Source of the DNA: Candidatus Babelota bacterium
GTDB lineage: Bacteria > Babelota > Babeliae > Babelales > Babelaceae
DNA length: 64,000 nt
NCBI GenBank assembly: GCA_013288045.1
Contig: JABDCP010000003.1
Span: forward strand, 1,899 to 65,898
Direction of reading: 5' to 3'
How positions within the stretch are numbered: position 1 is the stretch's first letter; the number at the start of each line of letters is the position of its first letter. This document shows, piece by piece, positions 45,304 to 54,723 of the stretch. A model generated the notes under the pieces. It was given only the letters and a program-made list of their open reading frames with translations. It was not told the origin of the DNA and searched no databases. Both the position numbers and the translations under genes were made by a program.

Positions 45304-45966
45304 ATGCAGCTTCAGGAAAAAATAGTACGTATTATACAGCTTTTAAAGGAGGCAACAAAAGATATGCCTCCGACCTTAACGACGTCCCTCATAAGAGAGT
45401 ATGGGCGGGACCCGTTTATTATCCTTATTTCGTGTCTTTTAAGCCTTCGTGCAAAAGATACTGCCACCTATCCGGTCAGTAAAAAGCTCTTTGAGCGGGT
45501 GCGTACCCCTGAAGAGCTGCTTAAGATGCCTGTAAGGGAGCTTGAAGAGCTTCTGTATCCCCTTGGCTTTTATCGCAAGAAGGCCCAAACTGTCCGATCG
45601 GTTTGCCAAGAGCTCATTACGAGATTTAAGGGGAAGGTGCCCCAAACTGAAGAAGAGCTTCTCTCGTTAAAGGGCGTAGGGCGGAAAACAGCCCAGCTCG
45701 TACTAGGCAGTGCATTCAAGGTACCCACTATTTGCGTTGATACCCATGTACATAGGATTGCCAATAGGCTTGGCTGGATCCAGACGACCCATCCTGATGA
45801 AACGGAAAGGGAATTAAAACGGCTCATTCCACAAGAATATTGGCTGGATATTAATACCTATCTCGTTATGTGGGGCCAGAATATCTGTGTACCCATCTCA
45901 CCCAAATGTTCTCAATGTGTTTTGAGTCCCTTATGCCCTAAAATTGGCGTAGGGAAAAGAAGGTAA
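45304..45966 (+). CDS. nth: Endonuclease III
   Basis: HhH motif LKGVGRKTAQLVL, catalytic region CVDTHVHRI and the 4Fe-4S ligands CVPISPKCSQCVLSPLC. Confidence 0.9.
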   Translation: MQLQEKIVRIIQLLKEATKDMPPTLTTSLIREYGRDPFIILISCLLSLRAKDTATYPVSKKLFERVRTPEELLKMPVRELEELLYPLGFYRKKAQTVRSVCQELITRFKGKVPQTEEELLSLKGVGRKTAQLVLGSAFKVPTICVDTHVHRIANRLGWIQTTHPDETERELKRLIPQEYWLDINTYLVMWGQNICVPISPKCSQCVLSPLCPKIGVGKRR

Positions 45967-46059
45967 TGGTGCGCCATTGTTGTATCCAATACGAACGTGT
46001 GGCTGATCGGATCAGGTCATTTTAAGGGGGCAGGATCTTAGGGGGTACTGAGCTCGTTC

Positions 46060-46088
46060 TTGACGTTCTTGAGTTACTCGTGTATCTT
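46060..46088 (+). promoter_or_regulatory. Candidate promoter of the RRM gene
   Basis: TTGACG (46060-46065), 17-nt spacer, TATCTT (46083-46088). This would give a 5' UTR of roughly 125 nt. Confidence 0.3.
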
Positions 46089-46221
46089 AAGTAATAGCTT
46101 TTACTGGAAATCCTTTTGTTGTTTGATCCAATTCTGACGTAGTCTAGTTGCACTCACAAGTAGGTAGTACCTAAAAGTATTTTGATACATTTTTCTAACA
46201 TCTATTTTGTGAGGTTCTTGA

Positions 46222-46569
46222 ATGAAACTATACGTAGGAAACCTTTCCCGCTCTACAACGGATGATACGGTTCGACAAGCATTTGAACAATTTGGCGAAG
46301 TATCGTCAGTTCGAATTCTCTTCGATCGTGAAACCCGCCAATCTCGTGGTTTCGGCTTTGTCGAAATGCCACAAGATGAGCAAGCGAAAGAAGCTATGGA
46401 TAAGCTTAATGAAACTGAAATTGAAGGTCGTCGCATTCGTGTAAACGAAGCGCGCGAACCAGAACGCACCGGCGGAAGCAGTGGTGGTGGCCGTTCAGGT
46501 GGTGGTTTCCGCGGTGATCGCGGCGGTGACCGTGGTCCACGTGATGGCGGTTTTAGAAATCGTTTCTAA
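46222..46569 (+). CDS. RRM-type RNA-binding protein with Gly/Arg-rich tail
   Basis: RNP-2 LYVGNL, RNP-1 RGFGFVEM and a C-terminal GGSSGGGRSGGGFRGDRGGDRGPRDGGFRNRF. Confidence 0.9.
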   Translation: MKLYVGNLSRSTTDDTVRQAFEQFGEVSSVRILFDRETRQSRGFGFVEMPQDEQAKEAMDKLNETEIEGRRIRVNEAREPERTGGSSGGGRSGGGFRGDRGGDRGPRDGGFRNRF

Positions 46570-46586
46570 GTTTTGAAACAAACAAA

Positions 46587-46616
46587 AGGGTGGGCCTTAA
46601 AACCCACTCTTTTTTG
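46587..46616 (+). terminator. Terminator of the RRM gene
   Basis: agggtggg / cccactct stem with an 8-nt loop, then T6. Confidence 0.65.
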
Positions 46617-46681
46617 TTGTCTAAATTTTGGGGTGGTAGTGCAATACTCCCATGCTCCAAAGCTCTTTCTAAATTAATTCA

Positions 46682-47416
46682 TTATTGATTTGTAGGTATG
46701 GTCGTGCTTAACAAGGCGCAGCTACAATATTTGTTAAATATATAGGCTTTAAGGGCATTACTCATTCCTTGAGGAAAAGGAAATAGAAATTCAAAGGATG
46801 GATTTGGATTATTACAATCATTGGAGGTGGTGATAAAAACATGAAAAACTTGATTTTTTGGTAAAGGAAAGGCGGAAAAGGTACGTTCAAAAGGTGATTC
46901 ATGTGCAGTAACTGTAATTGGAGGGTGAATTAGATTGAGTTCAGTGTCCTCTACCTGTACTTCAAAAGAAACTTCCCCTGAGTCTTGGCCGCCCGGGTCA
47001 GTAACACTGAGCGTGAAGCATCCCGGACCATCTCCTAGAGGCAAAGAGTTAATCGACAGGCTTACTGATTTGGTTTGAGATGTTGAAGGTAGAATGCTAT
47101 AGGTTATTTGGTTATTTAAAGTGTCCGTTACGATCAAATCATATTTAGTAAATTCTCCAAATACTGGTACCGTGAATGTTGCAGTTGGAGCTACTATAGG
47201 GGAGCTACTAAAGGGGAGGCCTGAATTAACTATGGTATAGGTATAATTACCTGCAGAACTAGGTGTACCACCAGCGGCGATTGCTGAGATGTTTGTAGTT
47301 GATGATACACATCCGCTAGGATTGATTGTTATATTCGAGATAAATAATGGTTGTGACCCTGTCTGGGCTGCGAGGCTCACAGACCAAGCGAGTAACGTGA
47401 GTAAGAATTTCTTCAT
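46682..47416 (-). CDS. Secreted protein, FISNI...FPFPQGM family, member 3
   Basis: N-terminus MKKFLLTLLAWSVSLAAQTGSQPLFISNITI and C-terminus LFPFPQGMSNALKAYIFNKYCSCAL. Confidence 0.75.
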   Translation of the reverse strand: MKKFLLTLLAWSVSLAAQTGSQPLFISNITINPSGCVSSTTNISAIAAGGTPSSAGNYTYTIVNSGLPFSSSPIVAPTATFTVPVFGEFTKYDLIVTDTLNNQITYSILPSTSQTKSVSLSINSLPLGDGPGCFTLSVTDPGGQDSGEVSFEVQVEDTELNLIHPPITVTAHESPFERTFSAFPLPKNQVFHVFITTSNDCNNPNPSFEFLFPFPQGMSNALKAYIFNKYCSCALLSTTIPTNQ

Positions 47417-47727
47417 AATGCTTCTCTTTAGTAAAAATGTAATAGTTAGGTTCTGATATCTCAAATCTTGCTGATCACAAACTACCATAGTCCCCTTAAT
47501 GAAAACAATAATTTTACGCTCATGAAACTGAATACATGAAACTATAGCCGGGAACCCGGGAAACTACCAATGCTTGAGCCAGTGCGTTCAAAGCGATGGC
47601 GGTTTTAGAAATCGTTTCTAAGTTTTGAAACAAACAAAAGGGTGGGCCTTAAAACCCACTCTTTTGTTTGTTGTCTATATGTTGAGAGGTGCAGTACAAT
47701 ACCCGAGATGTTCCTCAGAGCTCTTAG

Positions 47728-48420
47728 TTAGGATTGGCTGGCAGGTATGGTGGTGCTAATTAACGCACAGCTGCAATATTTAGTAAAGATATACGTCTTC
47801 AGGGCATTACCCATTCCTTGAGGAAAAAAGGGAAAGGTAATGGAGATAGTAGAGAGGCCGTTATCATTACAATCATTGTTCAGAAAGAAAAGAGCAGTAA
47901 GTGGTATTGAACTTTTGAAAGCAGAGAACGTCTTTGTAAAAGGGGCTTTGCTCAGTGTCTGTACTACGGGTGATCCATCTGAGACAGAAAATTGAACCGA
48001 AGTTGTTGAAGCCGATGGATCAATAACCGTTAAGGTGATGCATCCTGGGCTAGTTCCTAGAGGTAATGAACCGACCGATACGCTGATAGACTGGGCACTA
48101 AATGGTTCAAATAAAACGGGATAGATTACCTGGTTGGTACTGCTATCTGTTATTACTAGATCAAAGTTTCCCGATTCGACATCACTAAATTGTACCGTTG
48201 TTCCAACTTCGGTTATGCCATTTAACTGATAGGTATATGAACCATCTGTTGCAGGCTGACCACCTGAGGCAGTCACTGATATATTTGCGGTGTCTGTACA
48301 TCCTGGAAGTTGAGGTGGAGGATAATTAAAAGTTATGTTGGAGATAAACAATGGTTGTGGCCCTGTCTGCGCTGCAAGGCTTACAGACCAGGCGAGTAAC
48401 GTGAGTAAGAATTTCTTCAT
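47728..48420 (-). CDS. Secreted protein, FISNI...FPQGMGNALK family, member 4
   Basis: N-terminus MKKFLLTLLAWSVSLAAQTGPQPLFISNITF and C-terminus TFPFFPQGMGNALKTYIFTKYCSCAL. Confidence 0.75.
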   Translation of the reverse strand: MKKFLLTLLAWSVSLAAQTGPQPLFISNITFNYPPPQLPGCTDTANISVTASGGQPATDGSYTYQLNGITEVGTTVQFSDVESGNFDLVITDSSTNQVIYPVLFEPFSAQSISVSVGSLPLGTSPGCITLTVIDPSASTTSVQFSVSDGSPVVQTLSKAPFTKTFSAFKSSIPLTALFFLNNDCNDNGLSTISITFPFFPQGMGNALKTYIFTKYCSCALISTTIPASQS

Positions 48421-48728
48421 AATGCTTCCCTTTAGTAAAAATGCAACAGTAGTTTTTGATATCTCAAATCTTGCTGATCACAAACTACCATAGTCCCCTT
48501 AATGAAAACAATAATTTTGTGCTTATGAAACTGAATACATGAAACTATAGCCGGGAACCCGGGAAACTATTATTGCTTTAGCCGGTGCGTTCAAAGTAAT
48601 GGTGGTTTTAGAAATCGTTTCTAAGTTTTGAAACAATCAAAAGGGTTAGTCTTAAAAACCCACTTTGCCAGCAGCCTGCAATCACCTCGTATCATAAGCC
48701 TATGCCGGAATACCTCTTACGAACCCGA

Positions 48729-48781
48729 TGAGTTATAAAAGCTTGCCATATAACTCATAAAATGATAAAATGTGAGTTATA
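48729..48781 (+). promoter_or_regulatory. Three copies of a 9-mer forming two mutually exclusive inverted repeats just upstream of the Fic gene
   Basis: TGAGTTATA (48729-48737), TATAACTCA (48749-48757), TGAGTTATA (48773-48781). The third copy runs into the AGAGGA SD. Confidence 0.5.
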
Positions 48782-48792
48782 GAGGATGACCT

Positions 48793-49890
48793 ATGCAGTG
48801 GAACTGGCAGCTGGCGACATGGCCGAATTTTACCTATAACCCTGATAGCATAACTGAACTTGAAAGAACATTTCTTTTAAGAGCAGGCAGCAGCTATGCT
48901 TTGTTATGCACTACAGGTGAGAATGATAGAACTCAATTTGTAATTGAGATGCTCACTCGAGAAGGATTAGAAAGCTCAAAAATTGAGGGAGAGCTTCTCG
49001 ACCGGGAAAGTTTAGTTTCATCACTTAAAAAACACTTTGGGTTGCATGATGATATAAAGAATCAATTTAATAAAGAGGCGGGGATGGCTGAGCTTCTCTG
49101 TAACGTATATGATACCTATGATGCACCGCTTAGTCACGAAATGCTTTGGCAATGGCATGGGATGCTCTTTAAAAAAAATTGGTCCATTCTTGAAGAATGC
49201 GGACAGTATCGGACAGATAAAGAGCCTATGCAGATCGTTTCTGGTCATGGTGATGGACGCGTATATTTCGAAGCGCCCCCTTCAAAGAATGTATACAAAG
49301 AAATGACGAGATTTATCGAATGGTATAATGCTTCACGCACTTCAGAAACTCTTTTGGGGCGTGCCGCTCTTGCACATGTGTATTTTGAAAGTATTCATCC
49401 GTTTGAAGATGGAAATGGAAGGATTGGCAGAGTTCTTGTGGAGAAAGTCCTCTCCCAAGGAGCTCAACAACCTCTTTTGATCGCAGTTTCAAAATGCATT
49501 GAAAAACGCAAAAAGGCATATTATTTGGAACTTGAAAGATGCAATAGGACGGTGGAGGTACAGCATTGGGTTGAGTTTTTTGCCAATATAATCCTGCATG
49601 CTCAGCAAGATTCGATGAGGCTTCTCAACTTTTTGATGCAGAAGTCTAAAATGCTTACGGCACTTTCAGGAAAGATCAATCAACGACAAGAAAAGGTTTT
49701 GTTGAGGATGTTTGCAGAAGGACCCGATGGCTTTCAAGGAGGTTTAAGTGCTGAAAAATATATCTCTATTACAAAAGCACCTCGAGCAACGGCTACTCGC
49801 GATTTAGTTGACCTTGTTAGTATGGGAGCTTTGCTAAAAACTGGTGAGTTGCGGTATACCCGCTACTGGCTAAATCTGGCCTATGTGTGA
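48793..49890 (+). CDS. Fic-domain protein (AMPylase-type) with N-terminal inhibitory-helix motif
   Basis: Fic motif HPFEDGNGRIGR and N-terminal SSKIEG, which matches (S/T)xxxE(G/N). The C-terminal end looks like a winged helix. Confidence 0.9.
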   Translation: MQWNWQLATWPNFTYNPDSITELERTFLLRAGSSYALLCTTGENDRTQFVIEMLTREGLESSKIEGELLDRESLVSSLKKHFGLHDDIKNQFNKEAGMAELLCNVYDTYDAPLSHEMLWQWHGMLFKKNWSILEECGQYRTDKEPMQIVSGHGDGRVYFEAPPSKNVYKEMTRFIEWYNASRTSETLLGRAALAHVYFESIHPFEDGNGRIGRVLVEKVLSQGAQQPLLIAVSKCIEKRKKAYYLELERCNRTVEVQHWVEFFANIILHAQQDSMRLLNFLMQKSKMLTALSGKINQRQEKVLLRMFAEGPDGFQGGLSAEKYISITKAPRATATRDLVDLVSMGALLKTGELRYTRYWLNLAYV

Positions 49891-49946
49891 GAGATCTGGA
49901 ATATGAAGGCTAACTCGCTAAATTCGTCTGAAAGCAATAATTGGCC

Positions 49947-51812
49947 TTAATGATCTTCGATTGAAATGGCACCTTGCATGAGTCTTTGATAGTAGGATGA
50001 TTTCTTTTCAAGAACTGATCGTGGATAGAAGACAATATCTTTTTCTTTGTCGATCAATGAAAAGTCGAGGATTCCAACGGCTTCCTCAATAGTTTTTAAG
50101 CGATGCGCAATAACGATAGTAAGCGCACTTTGCGCAAGTTCACTAATCATCTTAGTAATTGCCGTTTCACTGACTTCATCAAGACTACTTGTAGGTTCGT
50201 CAATAAGAATAAGAGCAGGGTTATAATACTTTGCACGCATATAGAGACTGGCAAAGTTTAAGCGTTGCCGTTGTCCGCCTGACAGGGTAAGTCCCGCTTC
50301 ACCAATAGGAGTTTCAAGTCCCTGCTTTTTCTTAAAGACCTCCCAGATTCCCACTTGGGTAAGAATCTCTACGATCTCTTCATGAGTGTAGATAACCTTG
50401 TCATGAGGGAGTCCTAGGAGCAAGTTCCTATAGACCGTTCCACTTAAGCTGCTTGCTATCTGACCTTGCATACAAATAAGGCTTCGACGTATTTCGTCAT
50501 TTACGTTATAGACAGGTACTCCATTAACAAGAACATGACCTTTGTCGGGTTTTAATTGACCGCCAAGGAGAGAGAGAAAAGTTGTTTTACCTATTCCTGA
50601 GGGCCCGATAATGCCATAGAGCTTCTTCGGTTGACTCCGTGGCACCTCTATGAAAAAGGTATGATCATCAAAGATTTTTGCTTGAGGATTATAGTAAAAA
50701 TGAATGTCTTTAGCAGATACCGTTATCGTGTCCGTTTTTGCAGGGATAATAGGCATAGCTTCTGGAGCTGCAAGTACCGGATAGGTTTGTTTGCCAAACA
50801 TTTGGATAAATAGGTAAAGATCATCTATGCGTGTGGTTGCTCGAAGAACTTTTCTAATACGTCTTCCAATCTCTATCACTTCATATGTTCCGTTAATGTA
50901 GGTATAGAGAACAGCCACGCCTTGCATGACCGTTAACGAGCCATCCTTGATTAATGAGAACACTAACCAGCCAAGTATAAAAATGCTTCCTAAATAAAAA
51001 AGACGTGAAATGGTTACTGATGCTGCAAAGGCGAGCCATGCCGTTCCTTCGATATCCATGAGATCTTTTGCCTTTTGTTTGGTGAGATCTGCAATTTCAT
51101 GGGTAGCAAATGAGGAACGAATAAGCTGTACTTGCGTCAGACTTTCTACAGCAACTGCTTTTAATGAGTCATCCGCATCGATCATATTATTCTCAAAGGA
51201 AGCGCTGGTAAATAAGTTAAGGATTATATTAATGATCGCGATAAACGCTAACAAAATTAAGCAGGTTAATCCGAGCGTACGATCAAGAAAGAAAAAGGTG
51301 ATGGTAACACTGAGCACACTTATAATAACCGGTAAGATATCCCATAACATCATATCGATGAAATTTTCATAGGCACGAGCACATCGTTCTACTTTGACAA
51401 AGAGTTTTCCGGTTGATTTTAGGGTATGGTAAAGTGGATCAACCGTAAGGAAATGTTCAATGGCATTGTACAGTATACTGTTGACACACTGTACTTCTAA
51501 AAATGCAGCAAAATAAACTGACACAAACTCAAGGACTATAATAAAAAGCCAGAATGCGATTAGATACAGAAAGAGCGTAAAGCTTTCAAGGTGGATGATT
51601 TTTTCAAGCAGCATCGGATAAATTGCATAAAAGCACTGGATCAGCGCAATGCAAAGAACTGAAATAATGAGAGGCACTTTTTTTTTGCCAATAACACGCA
51701 GCCAGTGCTCACTAAAATCGATTGGGAAGACGCTAGCTTTTTTTCCAAAGTTAGCTAACCTTAGCCAAAAATGATAATAGCTCTCTACTAAATGTTTATA
51801 CTGATTAAACAT
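49947..51812 (-). CDS. ABC exporter, fused permease/ATPase
   Basis: N-terminal 6-TM domain, Walker A GPSGIGKTT, signature LSGGQRQRL, Walker B LILIDEPTSSLD and H-loop IAHRL. I set the start at ATG 51812; the tracked ORF starts at TTG 51842. Confidence 0.85.
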   Translation of the reverse strand: MFNQYKHLVESYYHFWLRLANFGKKASVFPIDFSEHWLRVIGKKKVPLIISVLCIALIQCFYAIYPMLLEKIIHLESFTLFLYLIAFWLFIIVLEFVSVYFAAFLEVQCVNSILYNAIEHFLTVDPLYHTLKSTGKLFVKVERCARAYENFIDMMLWDILPVIISVLSVTITFFFLDRTLGLTCLILLAFIAIINIILNLFTSASFENNMIDADDSLKAVAVESLTQVQLIRSSFATHEIADLTKQKAKDLMDIEGTAWLAFAASVTISRLFYLGSIFILGWLVFSLIKDGSLTVMQGVAVLYTYINGTYEVIEIGRRIRKVLRATTRIDDLYLFIQMFGKQTYPVLAAPEAMPIIPAKTDTITVSAKDIHFYYNPQAKIFDDHTFFIEVPRSQPKKLYGIIGPSGIGKTTFLSLLGGQLKPDKGHVLVNGVPVYNVNDEIRRSLICMQGQIASSLSGTVYRNLLLGLPHDKVIYTHEEIVEILTQVGIWEVFKKKQGLETPIGEAGLTLSGGQRQRLNFASLYMRAKYYNPALILIDEPTSSLDEVSETAITKMISELAQSALTIVIAHRLKTIEEAVGILDFSLIDKEKDIVFYPRSVLEKKSSYYQRLMQGAISIEDH

Positions 51813-51904
51813 GGTATTCTCAATAACTGTCACGGTATCCAATATTAGCTATAGTAGTATATAGTTGATAAATATACAAGAGATGATGCAAGAAAGTACA
51901 GAAG

Positions 51905-52687
51905 ATGTGGAAGATTGAATCTTATAAAGCCTCATGGAGAGAGGCTCTTGAAATTTTTAGGAATGACATCGGTCTTCTCCTCTTAGTTTCGTTGCGCACT
52001 CTCATGTCTGTATACCGATCTTTACTCCATGCATGGTTCTTACCTATAACCCTCTTAGTAGGACTTGTGCTTTCTCTGCCACTGTTACTCGGATCATTTT
52101 ATACGGTGCTAGTTGCTCGTGCAGCGCGTCCTTCCATGGAACCGAAAAATTGTGCCTATTGGCAGCGCCTAGTTTTTGTTGATTGGTATCTCTTTTTTGG
52201 TGTGCTTATTCTTGAGAGTAAGTCATCTTATCTTGCTACGCATGCGCAGCATTCTTGGGGTATTACTATACTTTGGTATGCATATGATGTTTTGGCACGA
52301 CTTTTTTTCGTATCAGGAAAATTCTGGCTACCGGGCACCGAGGCATTGGGAACTATGCTCATGTTCCTTTCACCATTTCTTATCCTCGTAGTTCTTTTTA
52401 TGCTTGATTCGGAGAAAACAATTATGGCCTCACTGCAAGCGGTAGGGAGAGCGTTCCTTATGCTTGCCTATAATTATCCGTTTTTCTTGCTACTCTATGC
52501 TTTTTTCAGACTGATTCTCTCAGCTGGATATCTTTCATCTATGGTACTTGATCCTTATATTCCCCAGATTGGCCTATTTGGTTGGTTCTTCTTCCTCTTC
52601 GTACTGTATCCTTATTGGGTTTGTGTGATAACAAACTTTTATGTGAAGCGTCTTCATGAGCAACTCTCTTGGTACTACTGGCGTTAG
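51905..52687 (+). CDS. Hypothetical polytopic membrane protein
   Basis: 260 aa with about 6 hydrophobic segments. I recognise no family. Confidence 0.55.
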   Translation: MWKIESYKASWREALEIFRNDIGLLLLVSLRTLMSVYRSLLHAWFLPITLLVGLVLSLPLLLGSFYTVLVARAARPSMEPKNCAYWQRLVFVDWYLFFGVLILESKSSYLATHAQHSWGITILWYAYDVLARLFFVSGKFWLPGTEALGTMLMFLSPFLILVVLFMLDSEKTIMASLQAVGRAFLMLAYNYPFFLLLYAFFRLILSAGYLSSMVLDPYIPQIGLFGWFFFLFVLYPYWVCVITNFYVKRLHEQLSWYYWR

Positions 52688-52782
52688 ATGTGATTTGCTA
52701 TTATTCGGTTTCTTTGGTACATCTAAGAACATAGCTCAAATCATACCATGGCGCACATGATGCCATCTACGAGGTACCAACA

Positions 52783-54723
52783 ATGCAGGTTCTTCTTTCC
52801 CGTAAAGTTTTTTTTGTACCCTTGGTGACTATCCTTTTTCTTGTCCCAAGCAGAGTACTGTATGCACAAGAGAGTATTCCAACTATTATTCCGGCAGTCA
52901 TCCAGGGAGGCTGCAGTGTCTGCGGAACTACTTCTTGTATTAACTGTCCCAAATTCTCAGGGGTAACCCGTGCTGTAAGTGACCAGGTGTCAGTAGGCTG
53001 TGGTGCCTGTAAGGATACTGGTGAATTTTGTAACGACACAGCTTGTGCCTGTTTTATTGATCCCAGAGCATCACGAGGTGTGTGCCGTGGTCGGACTGAC
53101 TGCAGTATGAGAGAGCTACCCCCTTATTCAGCATTTATTCCTCGGTCACAAGGTACCAATACTGCGCGAGAATTAGCAGGCTGGGAAGAGTTTATTCATC
53201 AGTTTGATGTAGGGGAGTATTACCTTACGACCGGCCATGTTCTTGGCTATTATCATTCCTTTAGGCCTGAGAGGATCGCACGAGAACTTTTTGGAGAGAC
53301 TGTGCTTCGGTTTGCCGGAAGTCAGGTGCCTAACAGAGGTTGCTGTGAGTTGCTTGCTGATAATTTTGGGTTATCAGATACCTTGCGTGGTGTCGTGACC
53401 ATCGAACCTACTATTGAGAATATCGTCTTTGATAACCAATTTTTCATTGGACTTGATCCACTTGCGTGTGGGTTGTATGCCCGTATACATGTGCCGATAG
53501 TGCATACCCGCTGGAATCTTAATCTCTGTCAAAAAATAGAAAGTGTACAGCCTTGTCCTGATTTCCCTGCATGCTATATGGCAGATGAGGCGGTACCTGC
53601 CCAGTGTGATATTATCAAGGCACTGAGTGGACAGCATACCTTTGGTGATATGCAAACTCCCTGGGCCTATGGACGCATAAAAAATGGTCCTCAAACAAAG
53701 ACCGGACTTGCTGATATAGATCTTATTGTAGGGTATGACTTTAGGCAAACTGATACTTCCCATCTAGGATTCTATGCGCAAGCAGTACTCCCTACTGGGA
53801 CAAAGTTTACGGCACGAGAGCTTTTCCAGCCTCTTGTGGGTAATGCCCATCATTTTGAGTTGGGAGTTGGGGTGAGCAGCCATTGGATTCTTTTAGAGAG
53901 CGACGCTCACAGTAACCTTGCCCTGTACTTAGAGGGAAATGTCGTTCATATGTTTAAAAATACTCAGATGCGTACCTTTGATTTTTGTAATAATGGTCCT
54001 TTAAGTCGATATATGTTGCTTAAAGAGCTTACTGAAGAAGATGGACAATTTACCTATGCAGGCTCGCTTATTAATGCAGTTAACTTTGCTACTCGCCCAG
54101 TATCAGTAAGCATAGCAGCGAAAGGTGATATTAGTGCTAAGCTTGCTGTCCGGACCCCTCATATTATTGCTGATATTGGCTATAACTTTTATGGACGCAC
54201 CAAAGAAAATGTGCATATTAATTCGTGCTCAGATGAACGTATCTATGCTATAAAAGGTACAGAGGGCGTGTGTGGCCTTGAATACATGACAGATGGCATG
54301 CAATTTGGTTCCTTTGTGGGGGATATTCCTCTTAATTCGTCGCAAAGCCATGCAACGATTAGACGTGGAGCCCATACTGATAATCCGCAACCTGCACCAC
54401 AAGCGAGTCCGTCAGATATTGTGGTCGCCGCTTTTAGTAGGCAAGAAGGCTCCATTGAAGGGCCTGACGTTAAGAAAGCCTTCGTCTCAGCTCCTCCCAA
54501 ATTAGTTACCGTCCGCGACCTTCATAAGGCAAGCGGAACATCTCCATCGCAAGCAACCCATAAGGTATTTGGGTATCTTGGGTACAATTTCTATGATTGT
54601 GACTGGTGTGCGACCCCGTATCTTGGCATTGGTGGTGAAGTTGAGTTTGATGCGCTCTTTCGTGAGGATCGTTCTTCTTTAAACCAATGGTCAGTCTGGG
54701 TTAAAGGTGGGTTTGAATTTTAA
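52783..54723 (+). CDS. Putative outer-membrane beta-barrel (porin-like) protein with Cys-rich N-terminal module
   Basis: Signal peptide ...RVLYA|QE. Fourteen Cys lie within about 80 aa of the mature N-terminus (GGCSVCGTTSCINCPKF..GCGACKDTGEFCNDTACACF..GVCRGRTDC). Amphipathic strands alternate along the rest, and the C-terminus VWVKGGFEF resembles a beta-signal. Confidence 0.6.
   Translation: MQVLLSRKVFFVPLVTILFLVPSRVLYAQESIPTIIPAVIQGGCSVCGTTSCINCPKFSGVTRAVSDQVSVGCGACKDTGEFCNDTACACFIDPRASRGVCRGRTDCSMRELPPYSAFIPRSQGTNTARELAGWEEFIHQFDVGEYYLTTGHVLGYYHSFRPERIARELFGETVLRFAGSQVPNRGCCELLADNFGLSDTLRGVVTIEPTIENIVFDNQFFIGLDPLACGLYARIHVPIVHTRWNLNLCQKIESVQPCPDFPACYMADEAVPAQCDIIKALSGQHTFGDMQTPWAYGRIKNGPQTKTGLADIDLIVGYDFRQTDTSHLGFYAQAVLPTGTKFTARELFQPLVGNAHHFELGVGVSSHWILLESDAHSNLALYLEGNVVHMFKNTQMRTFDFCNNGPLSRYMLLKELTEEDGQFTYAGSLINAVNFATRPVSVSIAAKGDISAKLAVRTPHIIADIGYNFYGRTKENVHINSCSDERIYAIKGTEGVCGLEYMTDGMQFGSFVGDIPLNSSQSHATIRRGAHTDNPQPAPQASPSDIVVAAFSRQEGSIEGPDVKKAFVSAPPKLVTVRDLHKASGTSPSQATHKVFGYLGYNFYDCDWCATPYLGIGGEVEFDALFREDRSSLNQWSVWVKGGFEF

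Larger units (their letters stand above)
46543..48666. repeat. Tandem segmental duplication (~1.05 kb unit, 2 full copies plus a 68-nt third start)
   Basis: gatggcggttttagaaatcgtttctaagttttgaaacaaacaaaagggtgggccttaaaacccactc (the last codons and terminator of the RRM gene) recurs at 46543, 47595 and, degraded, at about 48599. The regions upstream of the two family genes (47417-47594 and 48421-48598) are near-identical. Confidence 0.85.

Noticed and set aside
46101-46469. 122-aa minus-strand ORF.
   Set aside because: It is antisense to the RRM gene, whose RNP-1 and RNP-2 motifs are unambiguous.
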